DNA of 32,518 nt from positions 1-32,518 of the IMG/VR virus record IMGVR_UViG_3300044769_000077. One strand, given 5' to 3'. Each line of letters opens with the position of its first letter. The stretch's first letter is position 1. Shown one piece after another: positions 8,030 through 15,326 of the stretch. Source of the stretch: a virus (lineage: Duplodnaviria; Caudoviricetes). The position numbers and the translations under genes are program-made. A model generated the notes under the pieces. It saw only the letters and a program-made list of their open reading frames with translations. It was not told the origin of the DNA and did not search any database.

Positions 8030-9277
8030 ATGCAGGCTAAGGAACTGGAAGCGTTTGCGGCTGAAGTCGTGCAGTCCATGAAGATGGCCATGGCTCCTGT
8101 GGTTGCTCGCGTCGCCACGTTAGAACGCGATCTGAAGGCTGCGACTGAACGAGCCTCCGAACTTGAGGCTAATACCCGTAGAGCCGTGTCCACGAACCGC
8201 GACGACATAGGCACTGCCATTGCTGACGCGATGGCGCCGCTGCTCGAGAAGAACGCATCGCTGGAACTGCGGATCATGGAACTCGAGACGAACCCGGCGC
8301 TTGGTCCAGCCGGACCGATTGGTCAAAAGGGCGAAACAGGCGCTGGGGTTGCGTCGCTGGTTGTGACGGCTGACGGGCGTCTGTTGGCACATTTCACAGA
8401 CGGCCGGAGTGTCGACGTCGGTCCTGTGCCCCACGGGTTGCCAGGGCCGCCAGGTGAGCGCGGCGAGCCTGGGCCGTCGGGTAAGAGCGCTGTTCTCTCC
8501 ATGGAGTCAGTCGTCGCAGCCGTGCTGGAGCGGCTCCCTGCGCCGACACCAGGCGACAAGGGAGACGCAGGACCAGCCGGCAAAGATGCGCCAGCGGTCG
8601 ACGTGGACGCCCTAGTAACGCGTGTCGCGGCGCTCGTGCCTGTGCCCAAGGACGGGCGGGACGGGAAAGATGGGGCCGTAGGGCTCGCCGGCAAAGACGG
8701 CGTACCGGGAGAACGCGGGCTGCAAGGCGAGAAAGGGATCGACGGTTTGCACGGCCGCGACGGCCGCGACGGGGCTCCTGGGCTGCCGGGCATGGCGGGC
8801 GAGAAAGGCTTGGACGGCACACACGGCCGAGACGGCCTGGACGGAAAAGATATCGATCCGCAGGCTGTCAAGGCGTTTGTGGTGGCCGAGCTCGCGACCT
8901 GGCCACGGCCGAAGGATGGCGCGGACGGCCGCGATGCCCGATTGGAAGGGCTGACATTCGCCTTTGACGGCCAGCGCACCGTTACCGCCTGTTTCAAAGA
9001 TGGCACGCCGATCGAGGGCGGAACGTGGGTGTTGCCCACCACCATTTACCGCGGCGTGCATCAGGCCGGCGCGTCGTATCAGACGGGCGATAGCGTCACC
9101 TGGGATGGCCACACGTGGATCGCGATGGCAGATACCTCCGAGGCTCCAGGTGAAGGATCCAAAGCGTGGCAGTTGTCCGTACGTCGCGGCAAGACAGGGA
9201 AAGAAGGCCGCGCTGGGAAAGATGGCAAGGATGCCGTGACTCGGACGACCAACACCCCTCCGCTCTACGGTGGGTGA
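8030..9277 (+). CDS. Collagen-like virion protein (coiled coil, Gly-X-Y blocks, C-terminal carbohydrate-binding-like module)
   Basis: MQAKELEAF start; GPAGPIGQKGETG, GRDGKDG repeats; YRGVHQAGASYQTGDSVTWDGHTWIA...WQLSVRRG. Confidence 0.85.
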   Translation: MQAKELEAFAAEVVQSMKMAMAPVVARVATLERDLKAATERASELEANTRRAVSTNRDDIGTAIADAMAPLLEKNASLELRIMELETNPALGPAGPIGQKGETGAGVASLVVTADGRLLAHFTDGRSVDVGPVPHGLPGPPGERGEPGPSGKSAVLSMESVVAAVLERLPAPTPGDKGDAGPAGKDAPAVDVDALVTRVAALVPVPKDGRDGKDGAVGLAGKDGVPGERGLQGEKGIDGLHGRDGRDGAPGLPGMAGEKGLDGTHGRDGLDGKDIDPQAVKAFVVAELATWPRPKDGADGRDARLEGLTFAFDGQRTVTACFKDGTPIEGGTWVLPTTIYRGVHQAGASYQTGDSVTWDGHTWIAMADTSEAPGEGSKAWQLSVRRGKTGKEGRAGKDGKDAVTRTTNTPPLYGG

Positions 9278-9972
9278 TGCGAAATAAGTTCGAGTACGCC
9301 ACCGTGCCGCGTCTCCTGCCGACTGGCGGGACGGCGGTGATCCTTGGCTCAGGGCCATCGCTGACGCGGGCCGATGTCGACCTCACCCGAGCACACTGCG
9401 ACCTGACGATCGCTATCAACGACAGCTATGTGCTCGCGCCCGATGCGACCGCGCTCTGGGGCGCCGATGACAAGTGGATGGTGAAATGGCATCAGGGGTG
9501 TTCGGCTGCGCACCTCCACAACGGCAGGGCGTATCCGGCATTTACCGGCCAGTTTAAGTTCTGCCTGTCGCGGACCCCATACGCAGACGTGATGGTCCTG
9601 AAGCGTGGCCCGCGAATCGGGCTCTGCCTCGAACCGGACCGTGTCGCGCTAGGGTCAAACGGTGCGCATCAGTCGATCAATCTGGCGGTGCATTTCGGGG
9701 CGACGCGGATCATTCTGCTCGGTGTCGACATGAAGCCGGGGAAGGTGTTTCGCGATGGGGCCTGGCGGCCGTCGGATCACTTCGCGTGGCTCGGCCGCCA
9801 TCAGGATGATTCCAAGCCGCCGTACGAGCAGTGCTTGTCCTACATGGCGACGCTTGCGGAACCGCTGAAGAAAATCGGGGTCGAGGTTGTGAACTGTAGC
9901 CCTGATTCTGCGTTGCGCTGTTTCCCGATGCGGGCGTTGCGTGATGTCTTTCCACAGGCGGTGGCGGTATGA
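9277..9972 (+). CDS. DUF115/Maf-like (nonulosonate transferase-type Rossmann) protein
   Basis: AVILGSGPSL, IAINDSY, SNGAHQSINLAVHFGATRIILLGVDM, VVNCSPDSAL. Confidence 0.75.
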   Translation: MRNKFEYATVPRLLPTGGTAVILGSGPSLTRADVDLTRAHCDLTIAINDSYVLAPDATALWGADDKWMVKWHQGCSAAHLHNGRAYPAFTGQFKFCLSRTPYADVMVLKRGPRIGLCLEPDRVALGSNGAHQSINLAVHFGATRIILLGVDMKPGKVFRDGAWRPSDHFAWLGRHQDDSKPPYEQCLSYMATLAEPLKKIGVEVVNCSPDSALRCFPMRALRDVFPQAVAV

Positions 9973-10070
9973 ACCTGCCAGGCGGAATCGAACCACGGAA
10001 TTGCACCCTTGTCCGCATGTTCTTCGGCCGAATACTGATGCGGCTTCACCTTGTTATCGGTGCTGGCAGG
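9970..10070 (-). ncRNA. tRNA-like cloverleaf RNA (non-canonical)
   Basis: Minus strand: CCTGCCAG/CTGGCAGG 8-bp acceptor-like stem, CACC-GATAACAA-GGTG D-like arm, CCGCAT/ATGCGG arm with 19-nt interior, GGG-TGCAAT-TCC variable arm, GTGG-TTCGATT-CCGC T arm, 3' TTCA. Confidence 0.65.
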
Positions 10071-10085
10071 GGCAGCACTTTACCA
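10071..10085 (-). promoter_or_regulatory. Extended -10 promoter for the tRNA-like RNA
   Basis: Minus strand TG-G-TAAAGT-gctgcc then the first base of the acceptor stem. Confidence 0.65.
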
Positions 10086-10765
10086 TGAAGGCGCTGATCC
10101 CGTTGCCGACCGCTGCGGATCCGGCACAGGTGGAGCGCATCCGCCCCCTGCTCGAGGGTCGCGCCTGCGTGATCGTGGGATCGGCACCGCTGCGCGCGAC
10201 GACGGCCGCCATCAGTGCAGACGAACTCGCGATCGCCGTGAACGGGGGAATCTCCAGCCTTCCAGGTGCAGCGGATCTCTGGGTAGTCGGCAGCAAGAAA
10301 CAGGATCGGCCCGGCGAGTCCTATGTCCAGCCGTTGCATCGCACGATGTTGCAGCAAGCGAAGGGACGGACGGTCGGGCATCTCCTGTTGTTACGCGGGC
10401 CGACCGTGATGAGCGAAGCCTGGACGCTGGCGCGGCTCGACAAACTGGGCTGCCGTTACGGGTCGTGGTCAGTGCTGGACAAGCTGACGAAGCGTTGGAT
10501 GGAAGGTGAGATCTGCGGACGGACCGACGACAAGGCACCGTGCTCGTCAGGCATCCTCACCGCGGCTATCGCGCTCTGGTGTGGCGCAGCCTCGGTGCGG
10601 CTCGTCGGCTTTTCGTTCACGGCTGGCTATCACTATCTGCCTGGACAGTCCGCGCCGCCGTGGTGGCGAAATCATGTGGACGCAGACCGCCGTGCCATCC
10701 AGGCGTTGCGGCAGCGGTACGGCGTTCGGTTGACTGGGGATCTCGTGCAGGCGGTGGCGGCGTGA
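10085..10765 (+). CDS. GT29/sialyltransferase-like protein
   Basis: CVIVGSAP (sialylmotif L-like), CSSGILTAAIALWCGAASVRLVGF (motif S-like), YHY and downstream His. Confidence 0.65.
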   Translation: MKALIPLPTAADPAQVERIRPLLEGRACVIVGSAPLRATTAAISADELAIAVNGGISSLPGAADLWVVGSKKQDRPGESYVQPLHRTMLQQAKGRTVGHLLLLRGPTVMSEAWTLARLDKLGCRYGSWSVLDKLTKRWMEGEICGRTDDKAPCSSGILTAAIALWCGAASVRLVGFSFTAGYHYLPGQSAPPWWRNHVDADRRAIQALRQRYGVRLTGDLVQAVAA

Positions 10766-10833
10766 TGTTAGCCGTGGTGCTAGGCGTCTTAGCGATTGGG
10801 GTCGTGCTGGCCGGCGTGTATCTATCGCGATGA
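10765..10833 (+). CDS. 22-aa hydrophobic micro-ORF
   Basis: MLAVVLGVLAIGVVLAGVYLSR; TGATG and ATGA overlaps with neighbours. Confidence 0.5.
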   Translation: MLAVVLGVLAIGVVLAGVYLSR

Positions 10834-10871
10834 AAACAGTCATCTTCTTAGGTAAACGAAAGACGGCATGA
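10830..10871 (+). pseudogene. 13-codon orphan duplicate of the N-terminus of the gene at 11458
   Basis: MKTVIFLGKRKTA* versus MKTVVFLGKRKTAG. Confidence 0.8.
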
Positions 10872-10876
10872 AGACT

Positions 10877-11362
10877 CTAGTTGCGTGGACGAGGCGTGCG
10901 GTGACTCTTCCGAGTGTCCAACGGTGCCGTCAAGGCCTGTTCAATCGGCCAGTGGCGCTTCAGGCGCATCAGCAGGCACTGATGCTAGATGCCTTTGCGC
11001 CGCGCCCACTCTGTCAAGCACAGAGTGATGCCTTCATGGGTCAGCCAGCGGGTGATCGATCGGTTTTGCTGTTGTTGCTCGGCTGTAGCCCAACGCACAT
11101 TGCTCGGTTCGTAATTGCCGGCGTTGTTGATTCTGTCCAGCGAATATCCGGGCGGACACCGACCCATATCTTGAAGAAATGCGGCGTAATCATTCCAGCG
11201 TTCGCACACGCTAATGCCACGTGCGCCATAACGAGGAAACAGTTGGTGATTGTGGCGCTGGCATCTCGCCCGCATGTTCTGCCAAGTACGCCATTCGACA
11301 GTGCGCGATCCATGAACGGATTCGCCGTGCTTTCCAGGTCTGATAGATTTGTGCTTAGCCAC
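10877..11362 (-). pseudogene. HNH-type endonuclease 3 with internal amber stop at 10985-10987
   Basis: GAGAGGA SD, GTG11362; WQNMRARC, RYGARGISVCERW, SLDRINNAGNYEPSNVRWAT; after EWARRKGI* the frame continues HQCLLMRLKRHWPIEQALTAP, the expected helical tail. Confidence 0.8.
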
Positions 11363-11365
11363 GCG

Positions 11366-11441
11366 ATTTCCTCTCTTCAGGAAATAGTGTTGGTGAGAGG
11401 CCGTCGGGCGGTGAACGCGCTCGTCGGCCTCGCTTATTTTA
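11366..11441 (-). promoter_or_regulatory. HNH 3 promoter (-10 TAAAAT) and structured 5' leader with two hairpins
   Basis: TAAAAT at 11441-11436; long hairpin 11397-11431; ATTTCCT/AGGAAAT hairpin 11366-11385 covering the SD. Confidence 0.6.
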
Positions 11442-11457
11442 CCGCAGTGGTGGCGGT

Positions 11458-12060
11458 ATGAAGACGGTAGTTTTCCTTGGCAAGCGTAAAACGGCTGGCT
11501 CGCCGCTTGTCGATTGGCCCGGTGCTGAGTTATGGGGAACCACACATAGCCAGCAGAAGTACGCGAAACGCTACGGGACCGTCGACGACTGGCATGCGTG
11601 GTGGGACTTGCATCCATTTGATCCGGTGCCTGGCTATCCCGGAATCAAGAAGAAGCGACAGAAGACCTATCGCTGGTATCAGACCCTCCCAGGTCCGGAT
11701 CAGCCTGGGTATCGTCCGCTCTGGCTCGTGGAACTCGATCCGACGATTCCAGCCGGTGTGCTATTTCCGAAGCAACGGATCCTCGACGCCTTCCCACGAG
11801 AGGTACATGGGCGCTGGTTCACCTGTCAAGTGGATCTGATGATGGCTTACGCGATCCTCGAAGGCTATGAGCACATCATCCTGCACGGGCACGGAATCAG
11901 CCGCGAACTCAGTCACATGGTGGATCACTGCGGCGTGTTGGTCTGGATGACGGTCGCGCGCGAGCGCGGGATTCAGGTCACGATCCTGCCGCCGAGTTGG
12001 TATCTGGGGCCGAAGCATCCGTACGGCATTTCGCCTGGTCACTGGGGCCTCCATCCATGA
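11458..12060 (+). CDS. Hypothetical protein, DUF115/GT29-like Rossmann family
   Basis: VVFLG N-terminus, ELWGT, FTCQVDLMMAYAILEGYEHIILHG resembles the C-terminal motif of the two upstream transferase-like genes. Confidence 0.6.
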   Translation: MKTVVFLGKRKTAGSPLVDWPGAELWGTTHSQQKYAKRYGTVDDWHAWWDLHPFDPVPGYPGIKKKRQKTYRWYQTLPGPDQPGYRPLWLVELDPTIPAGVLFPKQRILDAFPREVHGRWFTCQVDLMMAYAILEGYEHIILHGHGISRELSHMVDHCGVLVWMTVARERGIQVTILPPSWYLGPKHPYGISPGHWGLHP

Positions 12061-12683
12061 CCAGCTATTTCATCCAGCGTGCCCAGCACGGCGAGGATGT
12101 GCTGCTCGTACGGCTGTTCCGCAGCATCGGGACGACGAATCGCGTGGCGGTGGACTGCGGCGCAAAGGACGGCATCTTCAAAAGCAACACCGCGCGATTC
12201 AGGCAAAAGGGCTGGCGCGTCGTGGCGTTTGATTGCGAGACGGATTCGCCACTCGTCACGCGGGCACTCATCACGGCCGAGAACATCAATGCGGTCTTGG
12301 CGCGCAAACGCGTCCCGGCGCAGTTCGATCTCTTGTCGATCGACATTGACGGGAACGATTTCTGGATCTGGGACGCGCTCACGTTTCAGCCGCGCGTTGT
12401 CATTGTCGAATACAACCCTGGCTTCGGATCGGACGTCTCGGTGACGGTGCCGTATGACCCGTCTCGGCGCTGGGATGGCACGATCTATTTTGGCGCCAGC
12501 GCGCGGGCGTTGTGGTTGCTCGGACAGCGGAAAGGCTACCGCCTGCACGCCTATACGCGATCCAACCTGATTTTTGTGCGCGCCGATCTCGTCGACGAGG
12601 ATCTCGCACCAGAGGACATGCCGATCCCCGGGCGTGCGAAGCGACCCGATCCACAGGCGCGGCCGTGGCAGGTGTACCCATGA
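12057..12683 (+). CDS. FkbM-like SAM-dependent methyltransferase
   Basis: AQHGED, VDCGAKDG...SNT, FDLLSIDIDGNDFWIW, PRVVIVEYN. Confidence 0.85.
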   Translation: MTSYFIQRAQHGEDVLLVRLFRSIGTTNRVAVDCGAKDGIFKSNTARFRQKGWRVVAFDCETDSPLVTRALITAENINAVLARKRVPAQFDLLSIDIDGNDFWIWDALTFQPRVVIVEYNPGFGSDVSVTVPYDPSRRWDGTIYFGASARALWLLGQRKGYRLHAYTRSNLIFVRADLVDEDLAPEDMPIPGRAKRPDPQARPWQVYP

Positions 12684-13690
12684 AGTCGGTCCAGGAGATC
12701 CGCAACACCGCGATCGATACGGTCCTGACGCATCTGCGATCGCTGGCGAAGAGTGGGCAGCCGATCGTCATCGGGCCATGGCTGGGCGAGATCGGCTTCG
12801 AGTTGCTGTATTGGATTCCGTTTCTGCGGTGGGCGCAGCGGTCTGTCGGGTTGACACCGGACCAGCTCACCGTCGTATCACGCGGCGGTTGTCAGTCGTG
12901 GTACTCGGACATTACGCCGCACTACATCGAACTCTATGACCACTACACGCAGGCCGAGTTACGGCACGGTAACGATCTGCGTATTCTTGAGCAAGGGTAC
13001 GCCGGTCGATTGCTCGGCTGTCGGCGTGGCTTTCGGTCGGCGAAGCAACACGCCGTGTTCACGTTCGATCGGGAGATTCTTGCCCGCGTGGCGCCGGATG
13101 CGCAGGTGTTGCACCCGTCGCTGATGTACACCCTCTTTCGCTGGTACTGGCGATCACGGGTGCCCGATCTCTATGAGCGATGCGCGATCGTGCGGCGGAT
13201 GACGGCACCAGCCGCGGCCGTCTCGCTGCCTGAGTCCTATATCGCCGTGAAGTTCTATTCCTCGCAAGCGTGCGAGGCGACGGGGGCGTACCGACGGCAC
13301 GTCAATCGCATCATGACGCTGTTGGTTGATACGGCGCCGGTTGTGGTCCTTGATAGCGGCGCGGACTATGACGAGCACGGCTCGTTTCCGATCGAGCATG
13401 CACAGGTACTCCGTCCTGTCTTGGAACCACGGACGAATCTGGCCACGCAGACCGCGATCATTGCTGGCGCGACGTCCTTTGTCGGGACGTATGGCGGCTT
13501 TGCGTATCTGGCGCCGTTACTCGGTGTCCCCACGACGGCGTTCTATACCGCGCGCAATTTCCGCGATGACCATTACGCGTTGGCGTCCCGTATCTTTGCG
13601 AAGAAGCGTGTGCGGTTCGTGGTTCGGCATCTTGAAGACGGAGCAACGGCGCTGCGTCGAGACTGGAAAGCGTGGACACATGCCGCGTAA
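12680..13690 (+). CDS. Putative GT-B-fold glycosyltransferase (GT9-like C-terminus)
   Basis: GPWLGEIGFELLYWIP; NLATQTAIIAGATSFVGTYGGFAYLAPLLGVPT. Confidence 0.65.
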   Translation: MKSVQEIRNTAIDTVLTHLRSLAKSGQPIVIGPWLGEIGFELLYWIPFLRWAQRSVGLTPDQLTVVSRGGCQSWYSDITPHYIELYDHYTQAELRHGNDLRILEQGYAGRLLGCRRGFRSAKQHAVFTFDREILARVAPDAQVLHPSLMYTLFRWYWRSRVPDLYERCAIVRRMTAPAAAVSLPESYIAVKFYSSQACEATGAYRRHVNRIMTLLVDTAPVVVLDSGADYDEHGSFPIEHAQVLRPVLEPRTNLATQTAIIAGATSFVGTYGGFAYLAPLLGVPTTAFYTARNFRDDHYALASRIFAKKRVRFVVRHLEDGATALRRDWKAWTHAA

Positions 13691-13799
13691 CTGCCTGATG
13701 CCACCGGATCGCGACTTCTGGCTGTGGCTGTTGCATCACGAGAATAGTGATGCGGTTGAACGTGTCATCGCTCGTATGGTGTTGCTGGTGGCGCGGTGA
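13680..13799 (+). CDS. 39-aa micro-ORF
   Basis: MPRNCLMPPDRDFWLWLLHHENSDAVERVIARMVLLVAR; overlaps both neighbours. Confidence 0.45.
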   Translation: MPRNCLMPPDRDFWLWLLHHENSDAVERVIARMVLLVAR

Positions 13800-14374
13800 T
13801 GCGTCCTGACCTCTACGCGCCAGGTTCGGCGTATCACCAGCAGCGTCGGTGGACGCAGAAGCACGCTGTTCGCTGCTTGGAGTCAGCTATCGAGTTGATG
13901 GGGAAGCCGGGGAGCCTCCTCGATGTGGGCTGCGCGGAAGGCGGCCTCGTGCTCTGGGCGTCAGGGCAAGGGATCGAGGCGATGGGGATCGATCTCGCCA
14001 CGCCATCCGATCTGTCTCTGGTGCGCGCAGATCTGCAGAACCCCGTTGATCTGCAGCGTATGTTTGACTGGGTACTGTGCTGGGAAGTCGCCGAACATCT
14101 GCCGGAGTCAGCCGCAGACACGCTCTGCCAGACGTTGGCTCGGCACGTCGCGCCAGCGGGGCGGCTACTGTTTACGGCGGCGCCACCGGGACAGCGCGGG
14201 CCGGGCCACATTAATCTGCAGCCAGTCGAGTACTGGCTCGAGAAGCTCTACGCCGCTGGCGGGCTGGTCTGTGCGGAGAAGCCATCGATCGCGCTTCGGC
14301 GTGAGTGGTTGAAGGTTGCGCCTAAGTGTCCCTGGTACGGAAAGAACGCGATCGTAGCCTGGAGGGTCGCGTGA
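13796..14374 (+). CDS. Class I SAM-dependent methyltransferase
   Basis: LLDVGCAEG, GIDL, FDWVLCWEVAEHL, GQRGPGHIN. Confidence 0.9.
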   Translation: MMRPDLYAPGSAYHQQRRWTQKHAVRCLESAIELMGKPGSLLDVGCAEGGLVLWASGQGIEAMGIDLATPSDLSLVRADLQNPVDLQRMFDWVLCWEVAEHLPESAADTLCQTLARHVAPAGRLLFTAAPPGQRGPGHINLQPVEYWLEKLYAAGGLVCAEKPSIALRREWLKVAPKCPWYGKNAIVAWRVA

Positions 14375-14604
14375 TCCGAGTCGCTGGCTACACGTCTAAC
14401 AACGACGATGACCCAATCGTGTGGGAAGTCTATGGGCAACGGTTGGAGGAAGGCGAGCTGCGTTTCAGGCATGTCGTGATGCGAGCGTCAGATAGGACGC
14501 GGTTGGTCAATGCCTTCGGAGAGCCATGGTTGGAATGTGAACAGGCTCGGCAATTGCTGAAGATACGTGCCTGGGAACAGCACTGTAGCGGTGGAGTGAA
14601 TTGA
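14371..14604 (+). CDS. Hypothetical protein, 77 aa
   Basis: GGAGG SD, GTGA overlap at start, TTGA overlap at end. Confidence 0.55.
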   Translation: MIRVAGYTSNNDDDPIVWEVYGQRLEEGELRFRHVVMRASDRTRLVNAFGEPWLECEQARQLLKIRAWEQHCSGGVN

Positions 14605-15326
14605 AACTCCTCCTAACGATCCGCACGGCGAACCGCGCACCGAAGACGAACTATCTCGGGGTGACAGTGTTAGGCCTGTTAGGACAAGGCGTGGCGGCTG
14701 ATTCAATTCATATTGTCGCCACCGACCCTGCTGTGGGTTGGGCGCATCAGGAGGTGCGTTACCCCGTGTGGCTTCATCAGCCGGACCTCCACCGCCGACC
14801 TAACGAGAACGGTATTGCTGCCATTGATCTACTCGGTCTCTTTCCAGCCGACTGGATCATCCTCAGCGAAGATGATCTGGAATGGTGCGCGGATCCTATT
14901 GGCAGCATGTCGCGCTGGCTCGAAGCGCACGCGACTCCTGACCGCGTGATGTATCGCTTCTTTGCCTTTGATCGCCTGACACCTGTCAGCGCGCACGCGG
15001 CAACCGCGCCACTGCGTGAACAGAAAGGTTCGCAGGCTGTGGCGTTGCGTGCGGATGACGCGCGGCGGTTTGCCGCCTGGGCGAAGGCCCATCCTCTCGA
15101 CTGGCGGCCGAAAGGCGCGCCCTTTCAGCATCGGCCACATGACGGCTTTGACAAGTTGCTCGGCTACTGGGCGCTACAGGACAACCCGAACATGACGACG
15201 GGACTTGTCTCGCGTCCGTTCTTCGTACGACATCTCGGTACCGACAGCAGCCTTCACTCTCACGGGGTCCGCATGGATCGCGAGTTTGCCGGATCGACTT
15301 GGTCCTATGGTGAGGTGCCCGTATGA
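14601..15326 (+). CDS. Putative GT-A-fold glycosyltransferase
   Basis: DWIILSEDD acidic motif, GSQAVAL, FDKLL, FVRHLG; GGTGGAG SD with TTG start. Confidence 0.7.
   Translation: MKLLLTIRTANRAPKTNYLGVTVLGLLGQGVAADSIHIVATDPAVGWAHQEVRYPVWLHQPDLHRRPNENGIAAIDLLGLFPADWIILSEDDLEWCADPIGSMSRWLEAHATPDRVMYRFFAFDRLTPVSAHAATAPLREQKGSQAVALRADDARRFAAWAKAHPLDWRPKGAPFQHRPHDGFDKLLGYWALQDNPNMTTGLVSRPFFVRHLGTDSSLHSHGVRMDREFAGSTWSYGEVPV

Larger units (their letters stand above)
6760..8040 (+). other. 426-codon 'bridge' ORF antisense to the three-gene HNH 2 cassette
   Basis: Open across three minus-strand genes and their promoter; TTG start 17 nt after portal stop; stop overlaps ATG8030. Confidence 0.4.
9969..10088 (+). 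other. 39-codon 'bridge' ORF over the antisense tRNA-like RNA
   Basis: MNLPGGIEPRNCTLVRMFFGRILMRLHLVIGAGRGSTLP; ATGA overlaps at both ends (9969-9972, 10085-10088). Confidence 0.55.
10868..11461 (+). other. 197-codon 'bridge' ORF antisense to HNH 3
   Basis: ATGA overlaps at both ends; ends with an SD-like GGTGGCGGT-ATGA junction identical to that at 9960-9972. Confidence 0.55.

Noticed and set aside
8300-8940. GGC/GAC-rich quasi-repeats as a CRISPR or DNA repeat array
   Set aside because: Explained by Gly-X-Y collagen coding; no constant repeat-spacer structure and no cas genes
9970-10070. Canonical tRNA gene call
   Set aside because: No standard 7-nt anticodon loop, no U8/A14/GG D-loop consensus and no encoded CCA; reported as tRNA-like ncRNA
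10985-10987. Genome-wide TAG reassignment, or suppression by the tRNA-like RNA
   Set aside because: TAG acts as a normal stop at 506, 2319, 18067 and 26869, and the RNA has no CTA anticodon
11363-11617. N-terminal extension of the HNH 3 ORF given in the ORF track
   Set aside because: Overlaps the 11458 gene and the promoter/leader; an SD supports GTG11362 instead
9277-15326. DNA hypermodification or O-antigen conversion (gtrABC) locus
   Set aside because: No nucleotide kinase, hydroxymethylase, flippase or polytopic membrane transferase seen, and the genes are coupled into the virion operon; not excluded but less supported
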